Below, in pieces: positions 36,786 through 49,945 of a DNA stretch of 64,000 nt. The position numbers and the translations under genes were made by a program. Each line of letters begins with the position of its first letter. The stretch's first letter is position 1. This stretch comes from Scyliorhinus canicula (Eukaryota), in assembly GCF_902713615.1 (NCBI RefSeq), contig NW_024055443.1:124001-188000 (forward strand). Reading direction: 5' to 3'. The notes under the pieces were generated by a model. The model was not told the DNA's origin. It did not search any database and saw only the letters and a program-made list of their open reading frames with translations.

Positions 36786-38427
36786 CAGTCTCTGTGGTGC
36801 AGTTGGTCAGCGTATTTGGCTGTTGACTACAAGGTTTGCGTTTCAAGGCCGGTTTCTTCTTTATTTGCTGACAGGTAGAGTAACGATGGGCCGAGGAGCC
36901 TCTTTCTGTGCTGTGAAATGCTACCTACCTTTGAAAACTCCTCCACATTCGGGATTTCCCTAAAGAACCTTCTCTGGACTGCCCCCAAAATATCTATCCT
37001 TATATAAGGAGACCAAAACTGTCACATTACAATATGCCCTGGTGGAATTTGTACTCTTGTGTATAAAGTTTTAGTTCAGGCCTCCAGATTACCCGTTTTG
37101 TAATAATATCGTGAGACTATCCCGAAGACTGTAATATCATCACATCGAAAAGATGGAACAATTGAACATTAAACAATCCTTCTGCATTGGATCACAGGTC
37201 TGGATCATGTGCTCAGGTATCTGTTGTGGGAGGTGATAGTGATTCCACTGAGACAATCATCATGGTTTGCATTTTGACATTCTGAAATATTGCTCAGTGA
37301 ATCTAAAGTTCAAACTATGGGTCCAGTCTACATGGGTCAATTTAATTTTCAGAGACTGGTCTTTTACTAGTCTTGGGTCTTATTCTGACACAATGGCAAT
37401 TCCACTGGCTCCATATAAAATATCAGTTATTCCAAAAATACACACCAGTCTCTGTTTATATTACACCGAACCATGTTCCTTTTGCCTGTCTCGATATTAT
37501 AAATAATTGTATATATTTGCTTATTTGTATGAGTACAATCATTGTTGATTTGGAGATTATATTAATTCTTGTTAATACCTATAAGTAGTTCTATGAAATG
37601 TGTATTTGCTCTGCTATCATGTGGGTAATATTGAGTTTAATATTTTACCACCGTCCCAGCAATGAACGGGGCTTGAGGGACAGGTCTACATGTGAACATC
37701 GCTGCACTGCAATTTCCAAAAGTTAATGGAAAACTCTGTTTCGTTCAAAATGATGAATTGACTCTTGTATTGCACTCTATCCATTAGAAAGTTGTTTTCG
37801 TGGTGAGGATACTTTTCCTGCCTCCTTTTATATTCACTAAACTCCTAATATACTGGCAGCGTTAGACAGAACAGTGCTCTCACAGAATCACCAGATTGGC
37901 TCCCACAGGATAAATGTCCACCCAATCATAGAACCCTCACCTGGTTAAGAACAGCAAGTGAATTTACTGCAAAAAGGGATTGGCCGTTCGCGTAGGTGTG
38001 CATATAAAATATTGTTCTTGAGTTTTGCAACTGTAATTTATCAAGACGTAATGTTATCTTCAGAATTAATTGTTTCATTTTGCAGTGTCTTCATGCGTCT
38101 CAGCCCTAAGCTCTGATATTCATTCCCTACTCCTCAATTCCCTTAATAAAATCATCCCATATAACCTGCCTCGTCGACCAAGTTTTTAATCATCTGACCT
38201 AATAAGTCTTTACACATATATTAATCCAGACCCTGCAGCAGGAATGACTGCATTAGACCATGCCTCAATTTATAATATTCCAGACCCTGAATCAATAATC
38301 ACTGCTTTATATCCTATATCATTTAAGGATAATCAACCTTTGTATCAGTAATTTCTGCACTAGAACCTGTTTCGGTTTATGCTAGTTGAGATCTTGCATC
38401 AGTAATCACTGCACTATATCCAATCTC

Positions 38428-38685
38428 AGTAGCACTGTTGCTTCACAGCGCCAGAGTCCCAGTCAGTGCGGAGTAGGCACGTTCTCCCCGTGTCTGCGGG
38501 GGTTTCCATCGGGTGCTCGGGTTTCCTCCCACAAGTCCCGAAAGATGTGCAGTTCTGTAATTTGGACATACTGAATTATCTGTCTGTGTACCCAAACAGG
38601 CGGCGGAATGTGGCAACTGGGATCTTTTCACAGTGACTTCATTGCAGTGCTAATGTCAGCTTTCTCGTGAAACAAATATTATTAG
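38428..38685 (+). mobile_element. V-domain SINE, (ATT)n-tail type, 5'-eroded
   Basis: CCCACAAGTCCCGAAAGA...CTTTTCACAGTGACTTCATTGCAGTG. Confidence 0.85.
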
Positions 38686-40763
38686 ATTAGTTTAGGTTAA
38701 TTTCCACCCCATATGAGTAATAATTGTTTTAGACCTTGGCATGGAGTCATGGAGAGTTAGAGGCTTACAAGACAGAAAGATGCCCTTCACCCACCTTATC
38801 TACGATGGCAATCAGGTACCTATCTATTCTAACATAGTCCATAGATGGTCTTCCTACCATAAAACTATCAGACACAGGAGCAGAATTCAACGATTAGGCC
38901 AATCGAGTGTGCTCCGCATTCAATCACGACTGTTATGTTTCTAATCGCCTATCTCCTGCCTTCTCGCCATAACCCCATATTCCCTTATTAATCAAGAAAC
39001 TATCTATCTCTGTCAGCCCGGTTAGATATAGGAAAGATCCTTTGGCACTGCCACATCAAATCCTCACCACCCTGTTCAGCTCAGGTTAGACACCGGGTAA
39101 ATGTTTCTCTACAGTTCTCATTAAACACTACAGGGTAATTGAATGTTCCAACCACATTTTAGAGTAAAACTCCGTCTATGTATTCCAATTAATTGGATTC
39201 GATCCATTTAGTTGGAAGCCAATGGGGTGAGATTGGTCTGAGAGATTATATTCGGCACATGTTGACTTCATGTTGCCGATTAAAGGCAATGACCCATCGT
39301 GGAGAGACATGAGACAGAACCAGTTAGGAAAAAGGGACAGATATCAGATACAGAAGAACTGGAAAACTCATATTTTGCATGTCATTATATTTCGAGATTA
39401 GAGGGAATCTTTCCTAATTCTGAACATGGATATCATGAGGACCTTTTTCTCATATAACTGATGAAGAAACAAATGACAAAAACAATCATTACTGGAATCC
39501 GTTGATCCATTTGCATCTTTGCCTCTATTTCTGTGCTGTGTCGGTGGGGAAATAGTTGTTGCGCTTTTGTCAATCTATAATCTAATCTGAGACTTCTATT
39601 TCTGTGTTTATTTACATAAACACCTCACTGGTTACAATGAAGTGTTCGCATCAACAAAACGAGATAAACACAGTCATTTATTGATTAGGTTCAACTCAAA
39701 ATAGCGGTTTATTTTAAGAATATTGACAGTTGGTTAAATGAATAGAAACATCCATTGGAACAGATGTTACTTAATTGAAATGAAAAAATAAATTTAAATT
39801 AAGTATTAATTCTGAAAGTTCTGATGCCTCAATTAATAAATCATCTTTAACCAGGCTGTTATTCCACGGAATATTAATTTAATTGAAACATTAACCGATT
39901 TAAAGGAGATAAATTAAAACATCAGGCAGAGGAGTGACCCATAGTCACATTAATCTCAGATCTTTCAACATATTACAACCTGCATTTTAAAATGTAAACG
40001 TTTGGAAAGATCTTGCTTTTGTAAAACGCTTTACCCGACCTCAGGTCATCCCAACGCCCTTAAAACTCAGGGATATATTTTTGCTGAATTTAGTCACTGC
40101 TCTTATGTTGGAAACAGAGCAGGGAATCTGTGCACAGCAAGCAGCCATAAACTGAGATGTGATAAGTGACCAACTAATCTGTGATTTTAGATGAAGAACG
40201 GACATTGGTCGAGGATACTGGGAAAAGCAGCTCTGCTCTTTACAATTATGTCATTGAGGTAAGCCACCTGAAATGTGAATCTGTTCCTCTCTCTGCTGAT
40301 GCTCACTGACCTGCTGAGCAGCCTTTTGTTTAGTTTTTGTTTTACATTTTCGGAATCTGCAGCACTTTGCACAGTTTTTAACATTTATTCTCGGAATATG
40401 ACCCTCACTGACACAGTCAGCATTAACTATCCATCCTGAGAATCCGGATGTGAACCCCCTTTTAGATAAGGTGCACTTCGGACGGTTGAATTCACATCTG
40501 ATTTTCTGTGGCAGCAGACCTTGAACTGATTGGCTTGCTCGGCAATATCAGAGATAGTTAAGCATCAACCACATCACTACTGAACTAGACACATAGAGAC
40601 CAGACCAGGTAAGGAGGGAAGATTCTTCTCCTGAAGGACATTGGTGAACCTGCTGGGCTTTGACAAATTTCGCTGGCTTCATGAGTATTATGAATGACGC
40701 AACAATTTTATTTCTGATTTATTAATTCATTCAATTGAAAGTCCCCCAGCTGCCATAAAACCA

Positions 40764-40950
40764 GGCGCCGGTTTAGCTCACTGGGCTAAATCGCTGGCTT
40801 TTAAAGCAGACCAAGCAGACCAAGCAGGCCAGCAGCACGGTTCGCTTCCCGTACCAGTCTCCCCGGCCAGGTGTCGGAGTGTGGCGACTGGGGGCTTTTC
40901 ACATTAACTTCATTGAAGCCTACTCGTGACAATAAGCGATCTTCATTTTC
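40764..40950 (+). mobile_element. Short tRNA-derived SINE with 7-bp TSD
   Basis: TSD AAAACCA at 40757-40763 / 40951-40957; empty site in copy A at 36148-36154. Confidence 0.9.
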
Positions 40951-41997
40951 AAACCATAAGATTGAGGAGCAGAAGGTGGCCATTCGGCACATGGAATATG
41001 GTCTGCCATTCAATGAGATCGTGGCTGATCTAATAAATCCTCAACTCCACTTTTCCGCCTTATCCCCATAACCCTTGATTCCCTTACTAATGAAAAATCT
41101 GTCTGTCTCAGTCTTGGACATATTTATTGACCCGGCCTCTCCGATTCTCTGCACCATAGAATTACTCCCCTATGAGAGACGAAATTCCTCTTCATCCACG
41201 TCTGAAATGAGCGACACCTTACTCTGAGATGGTGCCCTACGGTCCCAGACTATCCCAGAAACAACCTCGAGCATCCACATTGTCAAGCTCCTTGAAAATA
41301 CTACATATCTCAGTACGTTAGCCTCTCATTCTTCTAAACTCCAATGCGTGTAGGTCTTCCCAACTTAGACTCTCCTCATGTCAGTCTCTGTGGTGCAATT
41401 GGTCAACGTTTTTCGCTGCAAACCGAGATGTGTTTCAAGACTTTCCACGGCCGGATTCCTCTCTATTTGATGACAGGAGCAGTAACGATGGGCCGAAGAA
41501 CGTCTTTCTGTGCTGTGAAATTCGAGCTACCGATGAAAATCCATCCATACCTGAGATTAACCGAATGAACCTTCTCTGGACTGCCTCCAAAATATCTACC
41601 CTTTGGTAAGGAGACCAAAACTGCTCACATCATTGCAATATGCCCAGGTGGAATTTGTACTCGAGTCTATGAAGTAATAGTTCAGGCCTCCAGATTACCA
41701 GTCCAGTAATCATATTGCGAAGCACCGCTAAGACTGTAATATCATCACATCTAAAAGATGGAGCAACTGAAACATAAAATATTCCTGCATTGGATCACAT
41801 CTGGATCATGGGCTCAGGTATCTGTTGTGAGAAGTGATATTGATTCCACTGAGACAAGACTGTTAACCTATCATGGTTTGCATGTTGTCATTACATTCTG
41901 AAATATTGCTCAGTGTATCAAAAGTTCTAATTCTGGGTCCAGCCTAACATGGGTCAATTTAATTTTCAGAGGCTAGTCTTTTCTTAGTCTTGTGTCT

Positions 41998-42228
41998 TAG
42001 TCTTGTTATAAATTTAGCGTACCCAATTATTTTTTTCCAAATCAAGGGGCAATTTAGAGCAGTCAAACCACCTACGCTGCACATCTTTGGGTTTTGGGGG
42101 TGAAACCCACGCAGATACAGGGAGAATGTGTGAACTCCACACAGACAGGGACCAAGAGCCGGGATCAAACCTGGTACCTCGGCGCCGTGAGACAGCAGTG
42201 CTAACCACTGCACCACCGTGCTGCCCCC
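41998..42228 (-). mobile_element. V-domain SINE, A-tail type, with 11-bp TSD
   Basis: TSD GTCTTGTGTCT at 41987-41997 / 42229-42239; absent from copy A (about 37370). Confidence 0.9.
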
Positions 42229-42379
42229 GTCTTGTGTCTAATTCGGACACGGTGGTATTGGTGAATGGGAATTCCACTGGCTCCATATAAATGGTCAGTA
42301 ATTCCAAAAATAGCATCTGAACACAAGCAAGGCAGAAAAATATTTACAACCTGATCTTCCCACTGTATCAGCTGCACGG

Positions 42380-42960
42380 ACAGAGCGGTTGGAAGATGGA
42401 ATTGTTTTCCTTAGAACCGAGCCGTTTTTGGGAGGTGTGATAAAAATGGTCACAATTATGAAGGGTTTTGTTTGATTAATTAGGAAGAAACTTGATTCAC
42501 TGGCAGGAGGGTGCAGAAATCATAAGACACTAATTTATGAAATATTAAATCCCCCCTCTGATTATAAACCTATCAAATTGTATTAGGACTAGACAGGGCG
42601 GATGCAGAAAGGATGGTCCCGATGGTGGGGGAGATAGAACCAGGGGTCACTGTCTAAGGATACGGGGTAAAACATTTAGGACTGAGATGAGGGGCAATAT
42701 CTTCACCCTGGGAGTCGAGAGCCTGTGGAATTCTCTACCACAGAATGAAGTTAAGTCCAAAGTATTGTATGTTTTGAAGAAGGAGTTAGATAAAGCTCTT
42801 GGGGATCAAAACTCTGAAGGGACTAAATGATATGGGTGAAAATGGGAACAGGTTACTGAGGTGCCATGATCAGAATGAACCGCGGAGCAGGCTCGAGGGG
42901 CAGAATGGTGTCCTCCTGCTCTATTTTTTATGTCACTGTATTACATCAAATCTGTTTCTT
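42380..42960 (+). mobile_element. CR1 LINE 3' fragment
   Basis: ERLEDGIVFL.., GHCLRIRG..FRTEMRGNIFTLGVESLWNSLP. Confidence 0.8.
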
Positions 42961-44029
42961 CTCATGTTTTTATCACTATTAAAGTAACCCATGTCCCTGT
43001 CTATACTGCACTGTTCTGGTTGTGCTGCACTCAATTAATAACACTCAAGAACATGCATGGGATTATATTACATTAAGTTCCGCATATTTCTATATTCCAC
43101 AGGAATTTGTATCTTTAGAGCACACCAGGGCCTGTGTCTGTTTATATTACACCGGACCATGTTCCTGTTGTCTCTCGATTTATATTAACCAATAACCTGA
43201 TGCACTGGCAGAGTTAGACAGAACCGTGTTCTCACAGTATCGCCAAGATGCTAATGGTGGGCACCCAAAGGAGAAATGTCCACCCAATCATACAACACTC
43301 ATCTGGTTAAGAAGAGCAACTAAAATCGCTGCACAGACGTATTGGTCGTTCGTGTAGGTGTGAATATGAAACATTTTTCTTAGTTTTTGCAACTCCAATC
43401 GATCAAGACGTATTGTTATCTTCAGAATTATTTGGTTCACTTTGCGATGTCTTCATATGCCTCGGTCCTAAGTTCTGGTATTCATTCCCTACTCCTCTTT
43501 ACCTCAATTCCCTTATTAAAATCATCCCATAACCGGCCTCTTCAACCACGTTTTTGATAATCTGCTTTAATAACTCTTTACACATGTTTAATCCAGACCC
43601 TGACCAGGAATGACTGCAATAGACCCTGCCTCAGTTTATAATATTCTAGAACCTGTATCAATAATCATTGCTTTAGATACTATCTCATTTAAGTTTAATC
43701 AATCTTTGTATGAGTAATCGCTGCACTATAACCTGTCTCAGTTTATGGTAATCTGGACCCTGTATCAGTAATCACTGCACGAGATTCAATCTCAATTTAG
43801 GTTAATCTACACCCTGTATTAGTGATTATTGTTTTTGACCCTGTCATAGTGTCATGGAGTCTTAGAGATATACAGGAAATAAAAATGCCCTTCCAACCAC
43901 CATATCTGCGATGACAATCAAACACCTATCTATTCTAAGATCGTCCATATATGGTCTTCCTCCATTAAATCATAAAACATAGGAGTTGAACCCGGCCTTT
44001 CAGTCCATCCAGTCTGCTCCGCATTCAAT

Positions 44030-44480
44030 CATGACTGTTACGTTTCTAATCCCCATTCTCCTGCCTTCTCCCCATAATCCCTGGTCCCCTTATTAATCAA
44101 GAGCCTGTCTATCTCTATCTTAAAGACACTCAGTGATTTGGCCTCCACAGCCTTCTGCGGGACTGAGTTCCACAGAATCAAGACACTCTGGCTGAATAAA
44201 TTGCTCCTCTTCTCAGTTTTGAAGGCTCGTCCCTTAAATCTGATGCTGTGCCCTCGGGTTCTAGTTTCACCTACTAGGCCTCTCACTATTCTGTAACTAT
44301 CAATGTGACCCCACCCCCGCCCCCGCCCCGCGCCCCACTCCCCTCACAGCACCTCATCCTTCTAAACTCTATTCAGTACAGACCCAGAGTCCTCAAGCGC
44401 TCCTCATATGACAAGCCAGTCATTCCGAGGATCAGTCTTGTGAATCTCCTCGGGAGCTTCTCCAAGGCCAGCAGATCGTT
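44030..44480 (-). mobile_element. CR1 LINE 3' fragment
   Basis: ORF 44038-44286 TRGHSIRFKGRAFKTEKRSNLFSQSVLILWNSVPQKAVEA. Confidence 0.88.
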
Positions 44481-44524
44481 TCTTAGCCTGACCAGGTCTT
44501 TTTGCAGCCTCTCTGCAACAGTAA

Positions 44525-44760
44525 ACATTTAGTTACTGAGTAAATTTCCCTGAACAAGCTCCCCTCAAATACTCGAAGGACAGGTACAGTACAGAGCAAA
44601 GCCCCCTCCACAACATCCGCCATCTAACATGTGAAGGACAGGTAAAGCACATGTGAGGAACAGAGTAAAGCTTCCTCTTTGCCCTACCATCAGATACTTG
44701 CAGAGCAGGAGAAACGCAGGGTATGTGGAGAGTAAAGTTCCCCATACTCCGTCCCATTAA
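44525..44760. repeat. Degenerate 60-70-bp repeat units (related pieces at 33600-33700 and 34000-34230)
   Basis: GGACAGGTA and AGAGTAAAG each recur at 57-68-bp spacing. Confidence 0.4.
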
Positions 44761-46052
44761 TTGGTGTATAAAACAAAGGAATTATTTGTGCAGGAGTTTG
44801 GTGTGAAAATGTCCACGCACACGGACAAACACGCAGAAAAAACGCACATCTGTCTTAATGTATATAATCTCAACCGTGTAACGGTAAACACCACACTCGG
44901 CCCGACATTGATTAACATTAATGTTGGGCCGACCCTGCAATCGACCCTGTCTCGCTTTGAACGAATGTATACCCTGAATCAGTAATCACTGCATTAGACC
45001 TTATCTCAGTTTTCGTTAATCTAGACCCTGCATCAATAATTACGGCACTAGAATCTGTCTCACTTTATATTAATCTCGACGCTCTATCAGCAATTAGTGC
45101 TCTAGAACCCTGTCTAAATTTACATAATTGAAGACCCCTCCCCTCAGAAATCACGACACTCGGCTTTGTCTCAGTTTATATTAGTGTAGACCTTGCATCA
45201 GGAATTACTGTACTAGACCCTGTTCCAGTTTATATCTAATTTAGCCTTTGTTGCATTGCATAGAAACATAGAAGTGTAGAAGCATAGACAATAGGTGAAG
45301 GAGTAGGCCGTTCGGCCCCTTGAACTTGCTCTTCCATTCATTCTGATCGTGGCTGATCATCCAACTCAGTGAACTGTCGTCGCTTTCCCTCCATATCCTA
45401 TGAGCCCGATAGCCACAAGAACTATATATATAATTCCTTCCAGTAAACATACAATGTTTTGGCCTCAACTGTTTTGTGTGGTAGAGAATTCCACAGGTTC
45501 ACCGTTCTAGGTCAATAAATTTCTCCTCATCTATATCCTTAGACTGTGTCCCTGATTCTGGACGTTCTTCCATTAATCATTGCTGCACACTCTGTCCCGG
45601 TCATTATGAATATTTACCCTGTGACAGTAACCCCTGCATTAGAACCCTGCCCCAGTTATTATGAATCCCGGTCTTTTCAAAGAATCATAGAATCCCGACA
45701 GTGCAAAAGGAGGCCAGTCGGCCCATCGAGTCTGCACCCGTCCTCCAAAACGGCACCCCACTGAGAGCCACTCCTTCACCCTCTCCCCATAACCCCACCT
45801 ACCCTTTGCACACTCAGGGGAAATCTTTCAGAATGGCCAATCCACCTAACCTGCGCATCTTTGGACTGTGGGAGGAAATTCTCGGTTTCCACTGCACTGC
45901 ACTGTCTCCACTTGTATTAATCAAGGCCCTGTTTTAGGAATCTCGGGATACCGCCGGCTCTGTTTATTTAATGCCAGTTTCTGTACCTGTAAATGATGCG
46001 CTTCTCTCTGTTTTAGTTATTACTGTGCGAGATAATATCAATATTAATCGTG

Positions 46053-46874
46053 ATGTGGAGATGCCTGCGTTGGACTGGGGTGAGCTCAGGAAGAAGTCTT
46101 ACAACACCAGGTAACAGTCCAACAGGTTTGCTTCAAACACTAATGTACGGAGCATTGCTCCTTCCTCAGGTGAATGAAGAGGTATGTTCCAGAAACATAT
46201 ATATTGACAAATTCAAAAGATGCAAGACAATGCTTAGAATGCGAGCATTTGTAGGTAATTACGTTTTTACAGATCCAGAGATAGGGGTAACCCCAGGTTA
46301 AAGAGGTGTGAATTGTCTCAAGCCAGGACAGTTGTTCGGATTTTGCAAGCCCAGGCCAGATGGTGGGGGGTGAATGTAATGCGACATGAATCCCAGAGCC
46401 CGCTCATGTGTGCGGAACTTGGCTATAAGTTTGTGTTCGGCGATTCTGCGTTATCGCGCATCCTGAAGGCCGCCTTGGAGAACGCTTACCCGGAGATCAG
46501 AGGCTGAATGCCCTTGACTGCTGAAGTGTTCCCCGACTGGATGGGAACATTCCTGCCCGTGAACAGCCCCCCCCCCCCCCGCCCCCCCCACCGACCCCCC
46601 ACCATCTGGCCTGGCCTTGCGAAATCCGACCAACTGTCCTGGCTTGAGACAACTCACACCTCATAATCTGGGGTTACCCCTATCTTTGGATCTGTAAAGA
46701 CTTAATTCCCTGCAAATGCTCGCATTCTAAGCATTGTCTTGCAGCTTTGAATTTGCCTATATATATGTTTCTGGAACATACCTCTGCATTCACCTGAGGA
46801 AGGAGCAGTGCTCCGAAAGCTAGTGTTTGAAGCAAACCTGTTGGACTTTAACCTGGTGTTGTAAGACTTCTTAG
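46053..46874. mobile_element. Penelope-like element 3' fragment with inverted pseudo-LTR and 13-bp TSD
   Basis: Inverted arms about 46090-46372 / 46595-46872; GIY-YIG C-terminal remnant (PVGEHFSSQGHSASDLRVSVLQGGLQDAR) on minus; TSD AATATTAATCGTG at 46040-46052 / 46875-46887. Confidence 0.92.
46791..46825 (+). ncRNA. Minimal type I hammerhead ribozyme (PLE-associated, palindromic stem III)
   Basis: CAC | CTGAGGA | A | GGAGC-AGT-GCTCC | GAA | AGCT | A | GTG; predicted cleavage after CUA at 46822. Confidence 0.75.
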
Positions 46875-47669
46875 AATATTAATCGTGCAATGGGTTACAT
46901 CTCATTTATTACTACACTCCTCCATAATCTCTGTTTAAAATAAAATAGGTCCTTTCTCAGTTCTCTCTAAATTAGATCCTCTCAGTGTTTATATCTTTAG
47001 GTATTATTCCAGTTATTAATGCATTAGCTCATGCTTCTGTGGCCTGTATAATTTACTCTAGTTGAGTTTTTACTTGTAGTTAGACGATGTATTTATTTTT
47101 ATTTTACTGCACATTGTGTTTCGTAGTATTACATTCATCCCTGCTTCAGTTATCACTGTACTTAACCGTATAACAAGTATTATTACCCTGGGTCTTGTCT
47201 CTGGAATGATTAAACAGGACGATGTTTCGTTTTATCTTTCCCTCAGCATTGTACCTGTGTAGAGAATGCTATCGACAGTTAAACATTTCAATTAGTAGGA
47301 CCATTTTTCTATACATGCCACAATACACCCTTTCTCAGTTATGACTGCACGAGACTGTGTTTACTGCTTTAGCAAATAGTTGCAGTCTAATTCAGAAATG
47401 CACTGAGCAACATCTCTCTCTACTGCAATTGACTCTTTTTAATCATTGCATTAGACCTTATATCTGTTAATATTACATTATGTGCGGATTAATAAATTGA
47501 TGCATGAATCCATGCTGCTGTACATGTCAGAAGTAGCCATTTCGGAGCAGTTGTTCAACTGAACAAAGTCTCCATTTATATTATGTTAAGCCTACTCTCT
47601 GATATTATTTTGTTAGACTCTGTTTCATTCGCGGCTGAAGTCTTGCCCCACAGAATAATGCAACAGATT

Positions 47670-48260
47670 TATTTTCATTGATTCCCGCACAATCAACATC
47701 CTGGGGGTTGTCATTGACCGGAAACTGAACTGGACAAGCCAGACGAATGCTGTGGCTGCCAGAGCAGTTCAAAGGGTAGAAACCCTGTGGCTAGTAACTC
47801 AGATCCCGATTGCCCAAAGCCTGTCCATCATCTGCTAGGCAAAAGTCTGAAGTGTAATGGAATACTCTCCACTTGTCTGGAGTGCAGCTTCAACAAATCT
47901 CAAGAAGCTTTACACCATCCAGGACAAATCAGTCGCTTGATTGTTGCCATCTGCAAGATTTACTGTTGGAACTAATGAAGGTTTCATATTCAGCACCTAC
48001 CAGACCCACGGCTACAACCATCAACAAGGACAAGAACAGCAGATACTTTGGAACACCACCAACTGGAGATTCCTGTCCAAGTCACTCAACACTTTGACTT
48101 CGAAATATATCGCCGTTCCTTCACCGTGGCTGGGTGAAAATACTGGGCTTCTCTCGCTAATACTGTATGGGTGGAACTGTATATCAGGGGCTGCAGCGAT
48201 TCAAGGCGGCAGCTCACCACCACCTTCTGAATGGCAACTTGGAATGGGCCATAATTGCTG
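47670..48260 (+). mobile_element. CR1-group LINE 3' fragment
   Basis: ILGVVIDRKLNWTSQTNAVAARAVQRV..LECSFNKSQE. Confidence 0.8.
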
Positions 48261-48300
48261 ACCCGATCAGTGGCGCCATATCGCGCAAATGAATGGAAAA

Positions 48301-48969
48301 NNNNNNNNNNNNNNNNNNNNNNNNNNNNNNNNNNNNNNNNNNNNNNNNNNNNNNNNNNNNNNNNNNNNNNNNNNNNNNNNNNNNNNNNNNNNNNNNNNNN
48401 NNNNNNNNNNNNNNNNNNNNNNNNNNNNNNNNNNNNNNNNNNNNNNNNNNNNNNNNNNNNNNNNNNNNNNNNNNNNNNNNNNNNNNNNNNNNNNNNNNNN
48501 NNNNNNNNNNNNNNNNNNNNNNNNNNNNNNNNNNNNNNNNNNNNNNNNNNNNNNNNNNNNNNNNNNNNNNNNNNNNNNNNNNNNNNNNNNNNNNNNNNNN
48601 NNNNNNNNNNNNNNNNNNNNNNNNNNNNNNNNNNNNNNNNNNNNNNNNNNNNNNNNNNNNNNNNNNNNNNNNNNNNNNNNNNNNNNNNNNNNNNNNNNNN
48701 NNNNNNNNNNNNNNNNNNNNNNNNNNNNNNNNNNNNNNNNNNNNNNNNNNNNNNNNNNNNNNNNNNNNNNNNNNNNNNNNNNNNNNNNNNNNNNNNNNNN
48801 NNNNNNNNNNNNNNNNNNNNNNNNNNNNNNNNNNNNNNNNNNNNNNNNNNNNNNNNNNNNNNNNNNNNNNNNNNNNNNNNNNNNNNNNNNNNNNNNNNNN
48901 NNNNNNNNNNNNNNNNNNNNNNNNNNNNNNNNNNNNNNNNNNNNNNNNNNNNNNNNNNNNNNNNNNNNN
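48301..48969. other. Assembly gap (669 N)
   Basis: Run of N. Confidence 1.
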
Positions 48970-49844
48970 GAATATACTAAATGCTTTTTATTCGTTCATG
49001 GGATGTGGATGACGCTGGCTGATCCTCCAGTTCTCACCCATCCCTGAGGGCATTTCAGAGTCAACGACATTGCTGTGGAGTCATCTGGAGTCATATGTAG
49101 GCCAGACTAGTTAAGGGCGACAGATATCCTTCCCTGAAGGACATCAGTGAACGAGATGCGGTTTGATTACACAGAACAATGGTTTCATGGTCATCATTAG
49201 ACTTTTAATTCCAGATCTTTTTGTTTCAAATTTCACCACCTGCCATGGTGGGAGCCCGGGTCCCCAGAGCTTGACTCTTGGTCTCTGGATTACTAGTCCA
49301 GCGACAATACCACTGCTCCACTGCCTTGTGCGTGGAAAGGGGCACTCACTTGTGTTTGGAAGAATACACTTTGGCGTCTCAATAACTATTAGCTGTTATG
49401 GAAGTTCGTTGCAAAGGCAAATACATCCTTAAAACTCCTGCCGATCTGTTCTCATCTCTTTGCTTCAGACTTCACCTAGATTAATTAATGTCTCTATTCT
49501 CTCTCAGACTTAATTCACTTACAAAAGCATAATGAATAACTATTTGGTGTTGTGTGATTGGTCTGGTAATGGTGTGTAATATTTTGCTGTAAAGTTGGAG
49601 CGAATCTTGTGCCATTCACTTCATCACGAGGCTGAGGAACAGAAACACAGGAGCCATATTGAACTTCACATTGCTCTCCACTGTCACAAACTCCATTGCG
49701 TTGGATATGACTAATTCAGACTTGTGTTCATCTGTGGCAATCACCCACTGTTTACATGGTCCGAATTGTCTTTCACCCGTTTTGCTGGATGGATTTCTGT
49801 TTGCTTTTGGTGTGGTCACTGATTATGAGAGACAGTGTCTGAAA

Positions 49845-49855
49845 CTGTGTACGTA

Positions 49856-49893
<38 letters not shown>

Positions 49894-49945
49894 TGTATGT
49901 ATGTGTGTGTATGAGTGTGTGCTTGTACGTGGATATGTGTGTCAA
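49845..49945. repeat. (TG)n microsatellite
   Basis: Direct observation. Confidence 0.95.

Larger units (their letters stand above)
34290..39015 (+). repeat. Tandem segmental duplication, copy A
   Basis: Collinear with 39025-44115, e.g. TGCCACATCAAATCCTCA (34314 / 39048) and TTTCTCTACAGTTCTCATTAAACAC (34561 / 39102). Confidence 0.9.
39025..44115 (+). repeat. Tandem segmental duplication, copy B
   Basis: See copy A; ends align (38740-39010 vs 43845-44115). Confidence 0.9.

Noticed and set aside
39430-39520. Leader-like MDQRIPVMIVFVICFFISY on the minus strand in copy B
   Set aside because: No good splice donor, no downstream V exon, and the frame is broken in copy A.
48255-49047. Long ORFs of X
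   Set aside because: Artefact of the N gap.
49616-49819. Minus ORF ending in hydrophobic MAPVFLFLSLVMK (possible TM or leader exon)
   Set aside because: No Ig TM motif, no convincing donor or partner exons and no recognisable family; RNA-seq would be needed.
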